Shown here in pieces: positions 45,095 through 48,298 of a stretch of 48,298 nt of DNA. The position numbers and the translations under genes are program-made. The notes under the pieces are model-generated. The model searched no databases. It worked only from the letters and a program-made list of their open reading frames with translations, and was not told where the DNA came from. The stretch is from a virus (taxonomy: Duplodnaviria > Caudoviricetes). The stretch is from positions 1 to 48,298 of the IMG/VR virus record IMGVR_UViG_3300048611_000085; one strand, 5' to 3'. Positions within the stretch are counted from its first letter, which is position 1. Every line of letters starts with the position of its first letter.

Positions 45095-45290
45095 TAAGCG
45101 GCCTGACGATTTTGAACTCTCCGGACGGGATCTCACCATGTTCAACATCGAGAACGATATCTCGCTGTTTGATCGTCTGGATTCCCTTATCCGGGAGCAT
45201 GACCACGATTATCCAGATTCCGACCTTCGCGATACTCCAAACATCGATGAGGAACGGAAACAATTCAACAAGACGAAGGAGGAAAAATGA
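44988..45290 (+). CDS. hypothetical protein
   Basis: AGGAG SD; ATGA coupling to the ParB gene. Confidence 0.55.
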   Translation: MNPAQRTIQVWITRQEAVHVMLLIRQRIRKMLRQIDKRPDDFELSGRDLTMFNIENDISLFDRLDSLIREHDHDYPDSDLRDTPNIDEERKQFNKTKEEK

Positions 45291-46102
45291 CAGACCAGAT
45301 TGAGGCCTTCGAAAAGGCCGACGTTTACCGGCTCGAGACCGTGCCGCTCGTCCGGATTGTACCCCCTGATTTGGTGGGGGCGAAATCCAAGACGAAGAAA
45401 TCGATCCAACAACTCGGGTACTTCGGTGATACGATCAAACTCCGGGAGGTTCAGGGCGCTGATCCGGAGGATCCGGAAGCCAAGCTGTACCAGATCATCG
45501 ACGGACGCAGGAGGATCCAGGACTTGATCGATATCCACGGCCCGGACGCCATGTTCGAAGTACCGGCTGCGATCTTCGGCCCGAACGTTCCGAAGCGAAC
45601 GATCTTCGCCGTGATGATGGCTTCGAATATGAGCCGGGGATCGAATCCCGTTGACGAGGCGAAGGCTATCGATGCGCTTTGTAAGGACGGGATGGACTAT
45701 CACCAGATCGCATCCTTATTCGGATACTCTCCGAAGAAGGTGGAAATGCTCAGGAAGCTGCTTCTCCTGCCCTCAGAGACGCGATCTCAGGTAGAGCAGG
45801 GGAAGATCACCCCATCCGTCGCGCTGTCGATCACGAAGCTCTCAGAGCAGGATCGCAAGGCTATTGAAACCCTTGCGAAACGGGGGGAGAAGATCGTTGC
45901 GTCCACGATCAAGGATCTCAGATCTGCAACGCTGCGGGATTCAATCCTCGATGCCGGCGGGTTCGATTTCGGGACTACCACAAACAACAGTCTGGAGTAC
46001 GCTCGACTCGATTTCCTGGAGGCGTCGAAACGCGCCATGAGATCGGGGCTGACGACGCGGGAACTCCGGGATCTCTTAACCGAAGCAAGAGGCTCGTTAT
46101 GA
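45287..46102 (+). CDS. ParB/Spo0J-like protein with HTH
   Basis: YQIIDGRRR, N..R..NPVDEA, IASLFGYS. Confidence 0.85.
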   Translation: MTDQIEAFEKADVYRLETVPLVRIVPPDLVGAKSKTKKSIQQLGYFGDTIKLREVQGADPEDPEAKLYQIIDGRRRIQDLIDIHGPDAMFEVPAAIFGPNVPKRTIFAVMMASNMSRGSNPVDEAKAIDALCKDGMDYHQIASLFGYSPKKVEMLRKLLLLPSETRSQVEQGKITPSVALSITKLSEQDRKAIETLAKRGEKIVASTIKDLRSATLRDSILDAGGFDFGTTTNNSLEYARLDFLEASKRAMRSGLTTRELRDLLTEARGSL

Positions 46103-46578
46103 CAAGACAAGATGTTCAAAACGTTCTCGGAATCACCGGGGCGAACGTTGTGTTCCATGCGCTCGATGCAATGGAATGGGCAGAGGAAGAACTGGGGAAG
46201 ATCTTCGAGGACGGAGGCCCGAACGGGCTGTTCTCGATCTGCTATCCCCGGATTCCGAATATACCAGAGGGAGCGTATCGGGCGCACGTTCGGCAGCTTG
46301 CCGAGTGGTTCAAGGGTGATAAACATCCGATCAAGGCGACGGATGCGGAAGCATTGGTCGTTCTGATGGAACTGTCGTTTCGTGCTCCCTTGAAGCGGGA
46401 TTTCATGGGCGCGTACTGCCTTGTGTTCTCGTCCTGCTTCCCGGACAAGGGAACGATGCATGAGGGACTGGTGACGGATAACGATCTCGAAGCGGGCCGC
46501 GTCAGGCTCGAAGAAATCAAAGACCGGCTCTGTAAGGAACTCGGAGCCATAACAACGAAGGAGGAAGAAAATGACTGA
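46099..46578 (+). CDS. hypothetical protein
   Basis: Coupled ORF; YRAHVRQL, ATDAE, SFRAPL. Confidence 0.7.
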   Translation: MTRQDVQNVLGITGANVVFHALDAMEWAEEELGKIFEDGGPNGLFSICYPRIPNIPEGAYRAHVRQLAEWFKGDKHPIKATDAEALVVLMELSFRAPLKRDFMGAYCLVFSSCFPDKGTMHEGLVTDNDLEAGRVRLEEIKDRLCKELGAITTKEEEND

Positions 46579-47197
46579 TGTTCAAAACCTGACCGAATCC
46601 CCCGAAGCGGCTGCAAAACGGATCACCGCTGAGATCAGGGGACAGATCACCGACCTGATCGGGTTCGACGTTCTGGACGACGGAAAGGCGTTCGAGAGTT
46701 GGAGCCAGGAAATGGCGGAACAGATATTCAAGGTGATCAAATGGCGACCGGTTATCGAGGATGCCGTGGAGATCGCCGGGATCCTGAACGGGAAGCACCC
46801 GCCGTATAAGAAGTACTCGTTCTCCACAGAAGAGGCCCCATTCTCATCCGTCTCGATCTCAACGAGCACTCACGCCCTTCGTGGGGTTCTCCTGTTCATC
46901 CATACTCTCGATCTGAGGGATGCTACGGAAGTCCTGCGATTGCTCCGGAAGCGGGGCTATAAGATGAGTGGATCACCCGACGAGTTCGCCGCAATCAACG
47001 CGATCACCTGGGTGATGACGCCTCCGCACGAGGGGACGGGTGACGTGTTGAAATTCCGCGCCTTCCTACGGACGACCCACGAAGCCTATGAAGAGCCTGT
47101 CTGTTCCTTTGTTCAGACGGGCGTGAAGGAGGAACCCGTCTACGAGATCAGATGCGGGAGCGAGGTGATTAATTTTGAGGAGGGGGATGATGACTAA
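46571..47197 (+). CDS. hypothetical protein
   Basis: Strong SD; C.FVQTG...PVYEIRC C-terminus. Confidence 0.7.
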   Translation: MTDVQNLTESPEAAAKRITAEIRGQITDLIGFDVLDDGKAFESWSQEMAEQIFKVIKWRPVIEDAVEIAGILNGKHPPYKKYSFSTEEAPFSSVSISTSTHALRGVLLFIHTLDLRDATEVLRLLRKRGYKMSGSPDEFAAINAITWVMTPPHEGTGDVLKFRAFLRTTHEAYEEPVCSFVQTGVKEEPVYEIRCGSEVINFEEGDDD

Positions 47198-47879
47198 CGA
47201 ACCAATGATCCGGGGATGCGGAACGAGAAAGAGGGGGGGAATCTACGCCGAGACGATGATGGGCGAGGATGGGCTTCCTCTCGAATGTTTCCTATACGAT
47301 CCCCCCAAACCGATCATGATCGATCATTCTCTCGGGGTCGAATTGATCGAGAACGACGGGGTATTCCATATCCTCGATGCGGTTGGGAGGGAGCACTATC
47401 CCTACCCCTCTGACTTCATCGAAGAAGTCAGGAATAAGGGTGCGAGCAGGAGGATCCCGAGAACCGTTCAATTCGAAAAACTGTCTCGGGAATCCAAGAT
47501 GCTGCTTGCCCATCCCTTCACCCTGATCGACTATGAAGGGGAGGCGGGATCGAGGAATCTGGCGCTTTGCGGGGGCCATGCCCGAGCGGGCCGGGATGAA
47601 CATTCCGATCGTTCGAAACGATGTTCGTGTGATTGCTGGCTTGCTCCTCCCGATCTGGATCGTCCCGATATGAGAAATTTCACAGATTTCACCTGCGCCA
47701 TGTTTTCTGAGGGTGATGGGATCGGTGAAACGACTCGTGGTATGGCCCTGATCGCGGCCCTTCCGATACATAGAATCGTGGGGATTGCCTCTGACGATCC
47801 GGAGGATCAGGCCGTACTCGACGAAGTCAGAACCAGGGTTCTCACTACCGATCTATCGTTCGAAATCCTTCGAGAATAA
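47187..47879 (+). CDS. hypothetical phage protein
   Basis: RGCG.RK.GG.Y N-terminus; SD. Confidence 0.7.
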   Translation: MMTNEPMIRGCGTRKRGGIYAETMMGEDGLPLECFLYDPPKPIMIDHSLGVELIENDGVFHILDAVGREHYPYPSDFIEEVRNKGASRRIPRTVQFEKLSRESKMLLAHPFTLIDYEGEAGSRNLALCGGHARAGRDEHSDRSKRCSCDCWLAPPDLDRPDMRNFTDFTCAMFSEGDGIGETTRGMALIAALPIHRIVGIASDDPEDQAVLDEVRTRVLTTDLSFEILRE

Positions 47880-47902
47880 CCCCCCCCCGAAAAGGGGGGT
47901 AA

Positions 47903-47946
47903 AAGGGGTGGCGTGGAAAAATTCTTCGCCACCCCTTCTTGTTTTT
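47903..47946 (+). terminator. intrinsic terminator
   Basis: AAGGGGTGGCG/CGCCACCCCTT 11-bp stem followed by CTTGTTTTT; preceded by a C-run/GAAAA/G-run hairpin at 47879-47900. Confidence 0.65.
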
Positions 47947-48013
47947 GCGGGTTTAGATTTCTAAGATTGTTCCGAGTTTGATCACGTCTATCAAATCGAA
48001 GGAGGATCTTGAA

Positions 48014-48298
48014 GTGGATCGTATACAGGAGGCGTTGAGGCATCCCGACCTTTCCGCCAAAGCCAAAGGTGTGCTGTCGGTAATCCACGCCGTTGATTGG
48101 GATGGGGATCCGAAGAAGTTGGCCCTTTTATTCCCGGATTCATCGTCTGCGATAAACCGAGCACTCAAGGAGATCGAGAGGTTCGATCCGGATATCCTGG
48201 CGCTTAATAATTCTAAAATGAAGAATGGGAAATCTGATTTAAATACTCTCCCATCCTTTAAACCCCAAATTAACTCCCCCAAATCACCCCCCTATAAG
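48014..48298 (+). CDS. replication initiator-like winged-helix protein, 5' part, runs off the window
   Basis: GTG after AAGGAGG; LSAKAKGVL...W...L...D...I..ALKEI; open to the window end; not in the ORF track. Confidence 0.6.
   Translation, partial: MDRIQEALRHPDLSAKAKGVLSVIHAVDWDGDPKKLALLFPDSSSAINRALKEIERFDPDILALNNSKMKNGKSDLNTLPSFKPQINSPKSPPYK

Noticed and set aside
47953-48282. 109-aa minus-strand ORF at the right end
   Set aside because: The + strand frame from GTG 48014 has a strong SD and a replication-initiator-like sequence
1-48298. CRISPR array, tRNA genes, integrase/att sites, alternative genetic code
   Set aside because: No spaced direct repeats, cloverleafs or recombinase motifs seen; genes read through normally in code 11

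Overview
The window is most of a tailed (siphovirus-like) bacteriophage genome of roughly 55-60% GC, with essentially every credible gene on the + strand. Gene order is: small accessory genes and an HNH protein (1-3.5 kb); a complete 7-deazaguanine DNA-modification cluster (queD, atypical queE, HTH-folE fusion, gat-queC, DpdA/TGT-ParB fusion; 4.0-8.7 kb); then glycosyltransferase, SAM methyltransferase and sulfotransferase-like genes (9.4-11.2 kb). The packaging and virion region follows: terminase, portal, a 1355-aa MuF/gp7 minor head protein with probable kinase and ART-like cargo domains, a second glycosyltransferase, scaffold, capsid, head-tail and tail genes, tape measure and FN3/LamG distal-tail proteins. 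After that come two holin-like genes, an amidase and a spanin-like gene, an early region of small genes (cytosine MTase, GHKL ATPase, ParB), and the start of a replication initiator at the right edge. I saw no integrase, DNA polymerase, tRNA or CRISPR array. Several single-base indels in short homopolymers break or fuse genes and may be sequencing errors. All calls come from motif recognition by eye; no database searches were run.
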